NCBI GenBank assembly: GCA_023231475.1
Contig: JALJEE010002462.1
Location: forward strand, 1-34,825
DNA length: 34,825 nt
Origin: Seison nebaliae
Lineage: Eukaryota
Direction: 5' to 3'
This document shows, one piece after another, positions 34,630-34,825 of the stretch. The notes under the pieces were generated by a model. The model ran no database searches. It saw only the letters and a program-made list of their open reading frames with translations, and was not told the DNA's origin. Each line of letters starts with the position of its first letter. The stretch's first letter is position 1. The translations under genes were made by a program, and so were the position numbers.

Positions 34630-34825
34630 GAATCCCGGTGTTTTCGCCACCCTTTTTTTTCCACTCTCATTCGGACAGTTCGCCACCCTAATAATGGACA
34701 GTTCGCCACCCTACTTATGTATTTTTGGTGTTTTCGCCACCTTTTTGTATAAATCTGAGCTTCATTTTCTTAAAATGGACAGTTCGCCACCCTGCTTGTA
34801 TATTTTTGGCGTTTTCGCCACCCTT
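34630..34825. repeat. Terminus and subterminal repeat array of a DNA transposon (core TTCGCCACCC), running off the window
   Basis: Starts GAATCCCGGTG. The core TTCGCCACC occurs at about 34643, 34679, 34702, 34733, 34783 and 34813, in two variants (GGTGTTTTCGCCACC and GGACAGTTCGCCACC). Confidence 0.72.

Overview
This is a very AT-rich eukaryotic nuclear window from an invertebrate animal using the standard genetic code. The gene content suggests a spiralian such as a rotifer-type lineage, but that is inference only. Five intact genes can be reconstructed by hand: SCAMP (+, 5 exons), a giant single-exon N/Q-rich FoxO (-), EMC1 (-, 4 exons), a kainate-type ionotropic glutamate receptor (-, 11 common exons plus two alternative last exons), and an intronless rhodopsin-class GPCR (-). 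The window also holds a MULE/tandem-repeat/hAT transposon relic, related repeat-rich element ends at both edges, a TA-flanked MITE, an orphan basic ORF and several decayed genes (GPCR paralogues and a neuralized+SOCS-box relic). The most striking signal is in splicing. Of 18 introns placed by protein homology and frame, 17 are tiny (41-70 nt) and begin GTT (U at +3, almost never G at +5) instead of the usual GTRAG. The only canonical GTA donor is the one serving the alternatively spliced, longer last intron. All coordinates and splice sites were derived by eye and need RNA-seq confirmation.
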